Below the pieces are notes generated by a model. That model did not search any database. It saw only the letters and a list, made by a program, of their open reading frames with translations, and was not told the DNA's origin. A DNA stretch of 64,000 nt. Source: Candidatus Norongarragalinales archaeon. GTDB taxonomy: Archaea > Micrarchaeota > Micrarchaeia > Norongarragalinales > Norongarragalinaceae. Of this stretch, positions 29,510 through 37,805 are shown piece by piece. The number at the start of each line of letters is the position of its first letter. The stretch's first letter is position 1. The translations under genes and the position numbers were made by a program. The stretch covers positions 448,001-512,000 of the forward strand of contig JAWABJ010000001.1 in the NCBI GenBank assembly GCA_038884755.1. The letters run 5' to 3'.

Positions 29510-30580
29510 TTGAGACAGACGAAAGATGATGAAATTCTCAGGATATTACAAGGTGGGCCAGGTTCAACTGATGCCCTGGTTAGTCTCGCAACTCGCCAGC
29601 TTCAAGCCAAGAAATGGCAGGCGTATAACGAATCCCAAACAGAGGAAAAGCTCTGGTTTCTGGACTTACTGGCTGATTTGACGCAGCAAATCGAGTGGCA
29701 ACCGCGAGGTGGAAAAGGCCGTCCGCAGGCGAATTTACCGGAAATGGTTTTTTCCTGTGTTTCTAAAGTCTACGAAGGCCTATCTTCTCGCAGAGCTACC
29801 TCCGACTTAGAATTAGCTCACCGCCGAGGGTATTTGTCGAAAGTCCCGCATTTTAACACGGTTCTGAAGTTCTTGAACGAGCCGGAACTTACTCCAGTTT
29901 TCACTAAGCTCATTGAGATTTCAGCTTTACCGCTAAAGCCTTTTGAAAGCACGTTTGCTATTGATGCTTCAGGGCTTTCGAGCGCCTTTTACTCTCGCTG
30001 GCTCGATTACCGCTTTAACGATGATAGGCGTTTTCATGATTGGATTAAAGTGCACTTGATGTGTGGAGTCAAAACCCACATCGTCACGGCAGTTACAGTT
30101 ACTGACGGCCATACTCACGACTCACCACAATTTCCAACGTTGTTGGGGATTACGAAAAAGCGGTTTAATGTGGATGCGGTTTGCGCAGACTTGGGTTATT
30201 CGTCTCGAAAGAATGTTCAAGCTGCTTGGGACAGCGGAATCGCCCCGTTAATTCCTTTCAAATCGAGTGCTACGGGAAAGAGTTTGGGTTCGAAAGCGTG
30301 GACTAAAATGTACCACTGGTTCAAAATGAATCAAGAAGACTTTTACAAACGCTACCACGCCAGGAGCAACGTTGAAAGCACGTTTAGTGCATTGAAGCGA
30401 AAGTTTGGAACTAAGCTAATGACTAAGAAAGAAGTAGCCCAGACTAATGAGGCCTTGTGCAAAGTCTTGTGTCATAACCTAACGGTTTTGACTTTTGAAT
30501 CCCATTGGAATAACTTCAAAATCGACTTTGAAAAGGCACAGGACGAATCGTTGCACACAAAATCGGATGATTGCACATAA
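29510..30580 (+). CDS. DDE transposase (IS4/IS5-like, DDE_Tnp_1)
   Basis: GRP N-terminal motif; catalytic AIDASG, ADLGY, Y..RSNVESTFS.LKRKFG; intact 356-aa frame. Confidence 0.9.
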   Translation: MRQTKDDEILRILQGGPGSTDALVSLATRQLQAKKWQAYNESQTEEKLWFLDLLADLTQQIEWQPRGGKGRPQANLPEMVFSCVSKVYEGLSSRRATSDLELAHRRGYLSKVPHFNTVLKFLNEPELTPVFTKLIEISALPLKPFESTFAIDASGLSSAFYSRWLDYRFNDDRRFHDWIKVHLMCGVKTHIVTAVTVTDGHTHDSPQFPTLLGITKKRFNVDAVCADLGYSSRKNVQAAWDSGIAPLIPFKSSATGKSLGSKAWTKMYHWFKMNQEDFYKRYHARSNVESTFSALKRKFGTKLMTKKEVAQTNEALCKVLCHNLTVLTFESHWNNFKIDFEKAQDESLHTKSDDCT

Positions 30581-30625
30581 TTTCAATTAAATCTATTCTT
30601 AGAGGGGAATTTGTGTGCAAAGTTA
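30551..30625 (+). repeat. Right-end subterminal repeats and terminal inverted repeat
   Basis: TTGCACACAA (30551) and TTGCACATAA (30571, contains the transposase stop) 20 bp apart; inverted copy TTTGTGTGCAAAG at 30610-30622. Confidence 0.72.
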
Positions 30626-30640
30626 ATCGGAATAGAAAGC

Positions 30641-30669
30641 TTTTTATATAGTCATGATGTCATCATGAC
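30641..30669 (+). promoter_or_regulatory. TATA box immediately followed by a perfect palindrome (putative operator)
   Basis: TTTTTATATA 30641-30650, then GTCATGATG-T-CATCATGAC 30651-30669. Confidence 0.6.
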
Positions 30670-30761
30670 ATAATCGCGTTGGAATCGTGATGCGCTCACG
30701 TCCCACGAGTAAATAGACAACGCGAAGGTTGCTTAAAAAGGTTTTGAAAAAGGGCTGGAAA

Positions 30762-31199
30762 ATGTCGTCTGAGGAAGACTTTCGAGTGGTTTCGGAAGAA
30801 TTCAACGAAATGAAGAGAAAGTATTCAGATCCGATTTTCCTGGGAAGCATGCTTTCGAAAGTAGCGGAAGAAAAGACTTCGTTCAACCTCGTGCTCAAGG
30901 AGATTAACGCCAAGCTCGACAAAATCATCGAACTGGAAGAAAGGATATCCATAATAGAACAGAAAATGCAGTCAGCGCAACCCTCTATGCAGGAAGGAAA
31001 GAGCTTCATCTCGGAAGTGGACGGGGAAATATTGAAGTTCGTAGGAAAGAAGGGCGTTTGCACTGCCGAGGAAGTGCAGAGGAAGTTCAACTACAAGGGC
31101 GCGAACGGGGCAAGCGCCAGGTTGAACAACTTGTTCAAAGCAGGGCTTTTGGACAAGAAACAGGCAGGAAAGAAAGTGGTTTTCTTTCCCAAGGCATAG
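30762..31199 (+). CDS. Coiled-coil + C-terminal winged-HTH protein
   Basis: LKEINAKLDKIIELEERIS coil; VCTAEEVQRKFNYKG.NGASARLN.L...G.L.K.QAG wHTH. Confidence 0.7.
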   Translation: MSSEEDFRVVSEEFNEMKRKYSDPIFLGSMLSKVAEEKTSFNLVLKEINAKLDKIIELEERISIIEQKMQSAQPSMQEGKSFISEVDGEILKFVGKKGVCTAEEVQRKFNYKGANGASARLNNLFKAGLLDKKQAGKKVVFFPKA

Positions 31200-31288
31200 G
31201 AAATCGCGATGATTGAACCGCCGAGGCGCAGATGAACAAAAAATCTTTTTGATGCGCTGGGGCGCAGTTCAACCCACCTTCACAGTTC

Positions 31289-31337
31289 GGGATGGGGGGA
31301 TTCCCACCACCCCCATCCCACCCACACCTTTTTTTTC
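31289..31337 (+). terminator. GC-rich hairpin plus T-tract between convergent genes
   Basis: GGGATGGGGG / CCCCCATCCC 10-bp stem followed by a T9 run. Confidence 0.5.
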
Positions 31338-31387
31338 GGACGTTAAAGCTGGCGCTGTCTAGATTCAAAAAAAAATCGGGAAATCTT

Positions 31388-32485
31388 TTAGATGAATTCT
31401 ATGTCTTCGCTTTCTATGCTCTTCCTCGAGCCGGCCATTCCCCTGCCCGAGCCGTGAACGCTTTTGCCCAGCACGTACGGAGACTGGATTCCGGTGAATA
31501 TTGCAATAGCTTCAATCTTTCCTTCCATGCTCGGGTCTATCCTCGCACCCCATATGACCGTGGCGTTGGGGTCGACTTTTTCGGTAAGCATTTCCCCGAT
31601 TTGGTTGCACTCGCCGAGAGTCATGTCGGGCCCTCCGGTAACGTGCAAAAGCACTCCGGTCGCGCCAGTATAATCGACGTCAAGCAAAGCGTGGTGCAGA
31701 GTGTTTTCCACCACGTCTTCCACGCGGTTGGGTCCTTTAGCCTCGCCTACGGCAATCATGCTCACGCCGCCGTTCGTCATTACGGCGCGCACGTCCGCGA
31801 AATCCAGGTTGATGAGAGACGGGGTGGTGATCGTTTCAGTAATTCCGCGCACCGCCCTTGCTATAACCTCGTCAGCGACGTTGAACGCCTGGTCGATGGG
31901 CAGATTGGGCACTATCTCAACGAGCCGGTTGTTGTCTATTACGATGAGCGTATCCACTTGCTCTTTGAGCGTCTCGATTCCCTTGTCCGCCTTTTCCAAA
32001 CGCGCGCGTTCCAAAGCAAACGGGTAGGTTACTATCGAAATGACGATCGCGCCTTGCTTGCGCGCCAATTCCGCGATTACAGGCGCGGCGCCGGTCCCGG
32101 TTCCTCCGCCCATTCCGCAAGTCAAGAAAACCAAGTCGGCGCGGTCCATCACTTTCTCCAGCGCGTCGCGGGAAACGTCGGCGGCTTTCGCGCCGATTTC
32201 CGGATACCCGCCTGCGCCCAAGCCGCGAGTGATTGAAGCGCCTATCAAAAGCTTGCGCGCGTTTTCGGTAATCATGGTCAGGTGGTTCTTGTCAGTGTTG
32301 ATTGCAACTAACTCTGCGCCCTTGACTCCAGAGCGCCCCAACCGGTTGATTGAATTGCATCCCGCGCCTCCGGCGCCTATAACCATTATTTTCGGCGTTT
32401 CGAAGTAATCGCCGACTTCCTTGTCCGCTTTCGCAGAGCGAGCGCTAGAACCGGTTCTCAAAGCGTCCTTGACCAAGTCTTCCAT
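31388..32485 (-). CDS. ftsZ: Cell division GTPase FtsZ
   Basis: GAGGAGCN, NTD, GMGGGTGTGAAP, IDNN, INLDFADV. Confidence 0.96.
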   Translation of the reverse strand: MEDLVKDALRTGSSARSAKADKEVGDYFETPKIMVIGAGGAGCNSINRLGRSGVKGAELVAINTDKNHLTMITENARKLLIGASITRGLGAGGYPEIGAKAADVSRDALEKVMDRADLVFLTCGMGGGTGTGAAPVIAELARKQGAIVISIVTYPFALERARLEKADKGIETLKEQVDTLIVIDNNRLVEIVPNLPIDQAFNVADEVIARAVRGITETITTPSLINLDFADVRAVMTNGGVSMIAVGEAKGPNRVEDVVENTLHHALLDVDYTGATGVLLHVTGGPDMTLGECNQIGEMLTEKVDPNATVIWGARIDPSMEGKIEAIAIFTGIQSPYVLGKSVHGSGRGMAGSRKSIESEDIEFI

Positions 32486-32593
32486 CCATCCCACCTCGAC
32501 TGAAAACGCAAAAAACGAGCGCGCCAAGCGCGTGTTTGTATTACTAGGGCGCGGATATTAAAACGTTATCTTGAGAGGTAGTTGAGAGGCGAA

Positions 32594-32752
32594 ATGGTCA
32601 GGAAAGAGTCGCTCAAAGGCAAAACGTTGTTTTACTGCGAAGAATGCGGTTTGGCTTACGAGGAAGAGGCAATTGCGGAAAAATGCCAAGCGTGGTGTTC
32701 CGAGCACAAGAGCTGCAATCTCGAGATAATCAAGCACGCGGTAACACGGTAG
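32594..32752 (+). CDS. 52-aa CxxCG zinc-finger micro-protein (below the ORF-track cutoff)
   Basis: MVRKESLKGKTLFYCEECGLAYEEEAIAEKCQAWCSEHKSCNLEIIKHAVTR; GAGG upstream. Confidence 0.75.
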   Translation: MVRKESLKGKTLFYCEECGLAYEEEAIAEKCQAWCSEHKSCNLEIIKHAVTR

Positions 32753-32784
32753 GTTTAAAGCCCAAAAAGCCACAATTTCTATTT

Positions 32785-33063
32785 GCAGTGGGATAGCCAG
32801 GGGGTTAAGCATCCCTTCCTTGCGCAAGCAAGTGCGCCAATTGCTTTGAGGCGGGCGAACGCTCGAGGCGGGTTGAAGGCGGGAGTGCAAAGGCTTTGCA
32901 CAGCGTCGATGCTTTGCCTCGCGTTACTTTATGCCTTGCAAATCGAGCCAGGTCGGAAGAAGCAACTCTAAGCAAAGCAGAGAGTGCTCGCGAGATCCAA
33001 GGCGGAGCCAAGGCTCAGATTCTGGCGCTTTCGCTTTCCTCTCAAACCGGGCACTCCCACTGC
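32785..33063 (+). ncRNA. ffs: Archaeal signal recognition particle (SRP/7S) RNA
   Basis: Terminal helix GCAGTGGGA/TCCCACTGC; helix-8 motif GAGCCAGGTCGGAAGAAGCAACTC; Alu-like GGGGGTTAAGCATCCC; TTTAAAG about 25-30 bp upstream; 279 nt. Confidence 0.88.
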
Positions 33064-33095
33064 GCCTGACTACGGAAAGGAGGTTGGAAACGCAT

Positions 33096-33359
33096 ATGGT
33101 CGTGCCGAAAATAATCTTGCAGCAAAAGGAGTTCCAGAGGGAGTTTTCAAAACAACTCGTGGTTTTGATTACAGGCGCGTTCGCATTCACGGCCGCGCTT
33201 TTTTGGAACACGGCGATAAAAAACACGATAACCCGATTTATTCCAACTGCTGAAAGTTGGTACTGGGAAATTTTCATCGCAGCGGTAGTTACGGCCATTG
33301 CTGTGATTGCAACTTACTTTATCTCGAAATTCGCTTCAAGGATGGAGGAAAAGAAGTGA
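33096..33359 (+). CDS. Small two-TM membrane protein (DUF5654-like)
   Basis: LITGAFAFTAALFWNTAIK..IFIAAVVTAIAV. Confidence 0.7.
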   Translation: MVVPKIILQQKEFQREFSKQLVVLITGAFAFTAALFWNTAIKNTITRFIPTAESWYWEIFIAAVVTAIAVIATYFISKFASRMEEKK

Positions 33360-33985
33360 CAGTAAAAATAGCTGTTCTCGCGTCTGGTAGAGGAAGCAAC
33401 CTGCAGGCGGTAATCGACAGCATAGAAGGCGGAAAGCTCGACGCGGAAATAGCGTGCGTGGTAAGCGACAGTGAAAACGCCAAAGCTTTAGAGCGGGCGA
33501 AAGCGCACGCAATCGAAGCGTTGTTCTTGAACCCGAAAGGAAAAGAAAAAGACGAGTATTTCGAAGGGATTTCGCGAGAGTTGGAAAAACGCGGCGTTGC
33601 ACTGGTCGTCTTGGCGGGATTCATGCGAGTTCTGCCGCCGTCATTCACTCGCAAGTTCGAAAACAAGATTATCAACATCCACCCGTCTTTGCTTCCGAGT
33701 TTTCCTGGCTTGCACGCGCAAAAACAAGCTTTGGACGCTGGAGTTAAAGTGAGCGGTTGCACCGTGCATTTCGTTACTCCCGAAGTGGACGCCGGACCGA
33801 TAATAGTTCAAAAGGCGGTTGAAGTGCGCGAGGGCGACAGCGAGGAAACTCTGAGCGCGCGCATTCTAGAGCAAGAACACAAGCTCTTGCCCAAGGCAAT
33901 CCAGTTGATTGCCGAAGGGAGGGTGAAGATTTCGGACAACAAAACGAGCGTCGATTGGAAGGGCTTTCAAGACAAGTGGAAGTGA
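33356..33985 (+). CDS. purN: Phosphoribosylglycinamide formyltransferase
   Basis: SGRGSNLQA, LAGFMR, NIHPSLLP, GCTVHFV..VDAGPII. Confidence 0.95.
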   Translation: MTVKIAVLASGRGSNLQAVIDSIEGGKLDAEIACVVSDSENAKALERAKAHAIEALFLNPKGKEKDEYFEGISRELEKRGVALVVLAGFMRVLPPSFTRKFENKIINIHPSLLPSFPGLHAQKQALDAGVKVSGCTVHFVTPEVDAGPIIVQKAVEVREGDSEETLSARILEQEHKLLPKAIQLIAEGRVKISDNKTSVDWKGFQDKWK

Positions 33986-34626
33986 TGACAATCAAAAAAC
34001 TGAAAACAGGCGCTTATTCCTGCGTAATTTTGGCGATAATAATCTTGAGTGCGATAGTTTTCTTCGCCGTGAATTTTATGCAGCCAGGCTTGAAGCTGCA
34101 TGATAATGACAGGCAAAAATGGGGTTTGGGGGCGTCGAATCTTTATCCGGGGCTTATAACACACGCTTTCATTCACGAGAATGCCGAACACCTCGGCACC
34201 AATGCGGTATTTGGCGCATTTCTGATAATTTTGTTTTTATCCTACGAAAAAAAAATATCCTCAACTAGCTACGAAAAGAACTCTCGTACTTCTCATAGGT
34301 TTAACTTTAATCATAGAAACAATCGGAAGCCTACTAATGCCTTGGCCCAGGTGGGTTGGAAGTTCGATAATACTCTCCGCCTTTTCCGCCTTTCCTTTAT
34401 TCTCGCTTATTCTTCTCGGAGACTACAAGAAAGACCGGGAAGCCATGCTGCTTCTAGTCTTGTTTGCACTCACCATATTATTGTTTTTGCTCTTACCATG
34501 ATTTTAATTTATTTCGGTATCGATATAAGTGAACAGATGCGGATAAGTAATTTTGCACACGCACTCGGAATTTTTGCGGGGATTGTTACGGCAGTGATAG
34601 GTAAAGCGGGAGTAAAGAGAAAATAA
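33985..34626 (+). pseudogene. Rhomboid-family protease with two compensating frameshifts
   Basis: HAFIH..EHLGTN and AHALG are in the ORF frame; the TM helices and VGSS motif are in the +1 frame (34256-34501) after an A9 run. Confidence 0.7.
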
Positions 34627-34628
34627 CC

Positions 34629-35483
34629 ATGACAGCAAAAATTCTCGACGGAAAGAAAATCGCCGATGAAATAAAGCGGAAAATCGCTAGTGAAATTTCG
34701 GGCTGGAAGAAAAAACCCGGGCTTGCGACAGTATTAGTAGGCGACAACCCCGCTTCGAAAGTTTACGTTTCGCGAAAGAACGTGGCGTGCAAGCAATACG
34801 GCTTTTACTCGCGTGAAGAGCATTTGCCCGAAAACGCTTTGCAAGCAGAGCTGCTCAAGCTGGTCGGGGAACTAAACCGAGATGATAAAATCCACGGGAT
34901 TCTCGTGCAATTGCCTTTACCCCGCCGCATGGACGAAAACGCAGTGTTGAGCGCGATTTCGCCTGAAAAAGACGTTGACGGCTTTCACCCATTGAATCTC
35001 GGGCGGTTGTTGCAAGGCAACCCGAATTTCGTTCCTTGCACTCCACGGGGAATAATGCATTTGATTAAATCGACTGGAGAAAAGCTGGAGGGAAAGCACG
35101 CGGTCGTCATAGGACGAAGCAACATCGTAGGCAAGCCTACCGCCATGCTATTGCTGCAGGAAAACTGCACGGTCGCCATATGCCACTCGCGCACGAAAAA
35201 CTTGGCCGAAGAGGTAAAGCGCGCGGACATCGTCGTCGCCGCGGCGGGCAAGCCCAAGCTCGTTACGAGAGAAATGGTCAAGCAAGGCGCAATAGTCATA
35301 GACGTGGGCATCAACCGCATGCCTGAGGGAAAGATAATTGGCGACGTGGATTTCGAGGGAGTGAAGGAAAAAGCGGGTTGGATTACTCCCGTGCCTGGAG
35401 GCGTGGGTCCCATGACCATCGCAATGCTTTTGCAAAACACTTTCGAAGCCGCGAAGAAAATCGAGGGGGGTCCTGTAGAGTGA
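34629..35483 (+). CDS. folD: Methylenetetrahydrofolate dehydrogenase/cyclohydrolase
   Basis: GILVQLPLP, KDVDGFHP, PCTP, GRSNIVGKP, TPVPGGVGPMT. Confidence 0.96.
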   Translation: MTAKILDGKKIADEIKRKIASEISGWKKKPGLATVLVGDNPASKVYVSRKNVACKQYGFYSREEHLPENALQAELLKLVGELNRDDKIHGILVQLPLPRRMDENAVLSAISPEKDVDGFHPLNLGRLLQGNPNFVPCTPRGIMHLIKSTGEKLEGKHAVVIGRSNIVGKPTAMLLLQENCTVAICHSRTKNLAEEVKRADIVVAAAGKPKLVTREMVKQGAIVIDVGINRMPEGKIIGDVDFEGVKEKAGWITPVPGGVGPMTIAMLLQNTFEAAKKIEGGPVE

Positions 35484-36331
35484 AAAAAACACTCGTCGCT
35501 TTTACTATCGACGTGGACAGGGACGCGGCTGATTTCATTAAGGGAATAGAACAAGGTGGCACGCGGACTGCGAAAGGCGTGTCGGAGAAAGCTTCTTTTG
35601 ACGCAAGCGCGGCCGGGTTCGCTGAAATCCTGCTTGTTTTGGACGGACTTGGGATTCCGGCAACTTTCTTCCTTGAAGGGAACGCCGCTTTGGAGCTTGA
35701 AAATAAGATTGGAAGGAAGCTGCTGCACGCCATGGCTAAAAAGCACGAGGTCGGCTCGCACGGCAACGCCCACGAAGACTATACGGGCGAGGGCACTGGC
35801 GTGAAAATGAGCCGCGAGGATATAGAAAAGTCGATTGAACAGAGCTCGAAATCCATCCGAAGGGTTTTCTCGATACGCCCTCAGGGGTTCCGGGCACCGT
35901 ACTTGCACTACGACGAAGCGCTCGACACGATAATACGCAGGAGTTTCGATTACGACTCTTCGCTTTACGGAAAAAAAGTTTCTTGCGAAAGGGGCTTCTG
36001 CAGGGTGCCGGTTTTCGAGGACGTAGACGCGAAGGGAAAGCGGATTACCGGGTATTTGTGGCCGTTGATGGAAGGAAAGCGCACTGTGCAAGACTACCTT
36101 GCGCTAGTGGACAAGGCTTTGAAGCAGGAGGTTGAATTGATAGTCTTGGCGACCCATTCGTGGCACCACCGTTATTCTTTCGGCAAAGGAAGGGCAAAAA
36201 CAAAATCGCGGGCAGAGGCGGATTTGAGGAAAATCGCGCTTGTCCTGAAAAAAATAAAGTCCAACCCCAAAGTTGAATTCTCCACGTTGAGTGCCGCTTT
36301 AAAGCAATTGAACGAAAAGAAAGGGCTTTAA
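35480..36331 (+). CDS. Polysaccharide deacetylase family protein
   Basis: FTIDVD, ATFF, HEVGSHG..H, GFRAPY. Confidence 0.78.
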   Translation: MKKTLVAFTIDVDRDAADFIKGIEQGGTRTAKGVSEKASFDASAAGFAEILLVLDGLGIPATFFLEGNAALELENKIGRKLLHAMAKKHEVGSHGNAHEDYTGEGTGVKMSREDIEKSIEQSSKSIRRVFSIRPQGFRAPYLHYDEALDTIIRRSFDYDSSLYGKKVSCERGFCRVPVFEDVDAKGKRITGYLWPLMEGKRTVQDYLALVDKALKQEVELIVLATHSWHHRYSFGKGRAKTKSRAEADLRKIALVLKKIKSNPKVEFSTLSAALKQLNEKKGL

Positions 36332-36376
36332 ATTCCGCCGTCCATTTTGTATTTCAACTGCTTTTGGTGGGGTTGG

Positions 36377-37792
36377 GTGGAGCAGGGCCGCAATTTCGAG
36401 TCTCCTTTTTCTTGGCGGTACGGCTCCATACAAATGCGGACTGTTTTTTCGGAAAAACAAGCTCGATTGAACTGGCGTAAAATCTGGGTTGCCCTAGCGT
36501 ACGCCCAGAACAAGCTCGGGCTGGTTTCCTCGCAGGAACTCAAAGACATTATTGCCCACTCACAAAACGTCGACATAGCCAAAAGCTTGGAAATAGAAAA
36601 GCAAACCAAGCACGACGTGGTTGCCGAAATCAAGCTCTATTCTTCGCAATGCAAGACAGGCGGGGGGAAAATCCATTTGGGAGCTACGAGCATGGACATA
36701 GTAGACAACGCCGAAGCGCTTGCCATGAAGCAGGGACTGCAATTGCTTTGCGAAAAAACCGCGTTGCTGCTGAAGGAACTAAAGCAGAAAATCGAGGAGA
36801 ACAGTAACACGGCGTGCATGGCTTACACGCACTTGCAGCTTGCAGAGCCCACCACGCTCGGATACCGCTTTGCCTCCTACGCCCAGGATTTTCTGGAAGA
36901 CTTGGGTTCGCTTGAATGGGTCCGCGACAGCGTTCGCGGGAAGGGGTTCAAGGGGGCGGTTGGAAACAGCGCTTCTTACGTCCAACTTCTTGGGAAAGAA
37001 AAGGCAATGCAAATGGAAGGCATTGCAATGAAACGCTTGGGGTTGGAAGCTTACGAAATAACAACTCAAACTTACCCCAGAAAGCAGGATTATTTCGTGT
37101 TAAGCAAACTTGCTTCGCTCGCGCAGTCGCTGCACAAGATGGCTTTTGACTTGCGCTTGATGCAAAACAAGGAGGTAAACGAGCCTTTCGGCGAAAAGCA
37201 GGTCGGGTCGAGCGCAATGCCGTTCAAGCGCAATCCGATGAAGACTGAAAGGATTTGCTCGCTCGCGCGGCTCGTGCCGGCGTACGCGCAAGTCGCTTGG
37301 GAGAACGCTTCGCTTTCCGCTTTGGAAAGGACTCTCGACGATTCTGCCAACCGCAGGGCCTTCGTTCCCGAAGCTTTCCTGGCGCTGGACGAATGCCTGA
37401 TTCAAAGCATCAAGGTAATCGAAGGGTTGCGAATTAATCGCGCTTACATCAACAAGACGATAGAACAATTCGGGCCTTTCGCTGCGACAGAAAAGGTTAT
37501 GGCTGAAATGGCCAAACGGGGTTTCGACAGGCAAGAAGCGCATGAAATCCTGCGCGAACACTCTTTGAAAGCCTGGGATGCAGTGCAGGAAGGCAAGCCC
37601 AACCCCTTGTTCAGCCTGGTCGCAAGCGATTCTCGCATAACGAAGCTTATCGCAAGAAAGGAATTGGAAAAGCAATTCGACATTACAGCGCATGTAGGCC
37701 TAGCGGCTGAAAAAAGCGCGAAAATTGCAAAGGAAATTTCCGAAGCGACTTCCGGATACAAATCTTCAGGCGTAAGCGAACAAGGCTTTTGA
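36377..37792 (+). CDS. purB: Adenylosuccinate lyase
   Basis: HDV, IHLGATS, THLQ.A.PTT, GSSAMPFKRNP. Confidence 0.94.
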   Translation: MEQGRNFESPFSWRYGSIQMRTVFSEKQARLNWRKIWVALAYAQNKLGLVSSQELKDIIAHSQNVDIAKSLEIEKQTKHDVVAEIKLYSSQCKTGGGKIHLGATSMDIVDNAEALAMKQGLQLLCEKTALLLKELKQKIEENSNTACMAYTHLQLAEPTTLGYRFASYAQDFLEDLGSLEWVRDSVRGKGFKGAVGNSASYVQLLGKEKAMQMEGIAMKRLGLEAYEITTQTYPRKQDYFVLSKLASLAQSLHKMAFDLRLMQNKEVNEPFGEKQVGSSAMPFKRNPMKTERICSLARLVPAYAQVAWENASLSALERTLDDSANRRAFVPEAFLALDECLIQSIKVIEGLRINRAYINKTIEQFGPFAATEKVMAEMAKRGFDRQEAHEILREHSLKAWDAVQEGKPNPLFSLVASDSRITKLIARKELEKQFDITAHVGLAAEKSAKIAKEISEATSGYKSSGVSEQGF

Positions 37793-37805
37793 TCGGGGTA
37801 TCGAG

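Larger units (their letters stand above)
27552..30625. mobile_element. Cargo-carrying DDE insertion element (about 3.07 kb) with imperfect TIRs and an 8-bp target-site duplication
   Basis: Direct repeat ATCGGAAT at 27544-27551 and 30626-30633. Left end ATGCTTTGAACATAAATT vs reverse complement of right end TAACTTTGCACACAAATT (13/15 in core). Contains a transposase and has visibly lower GC. Confidence 0.8.

Noticed and set aside
27555..30625. CRISPR array or iterons from the TGCAC repeats
   Set aside because: The repeats are only about 10 bp with 18-20 bp period, sit at transposon ends, and have no spacers or cas genes.
26109..30633. tRNA-Ala as attachment site of an integrated element
   Set aside because: No integrase and no duplicated tRNA 3' end were seen; the island has its own TSD/TIR 1.4 kb away.
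32783..33095. ORFs at 32783-32971 and 32805-33011, and the 5' extension of 32931-33359
   Set aside because: They overlap the SRP RNA and show no protein features.
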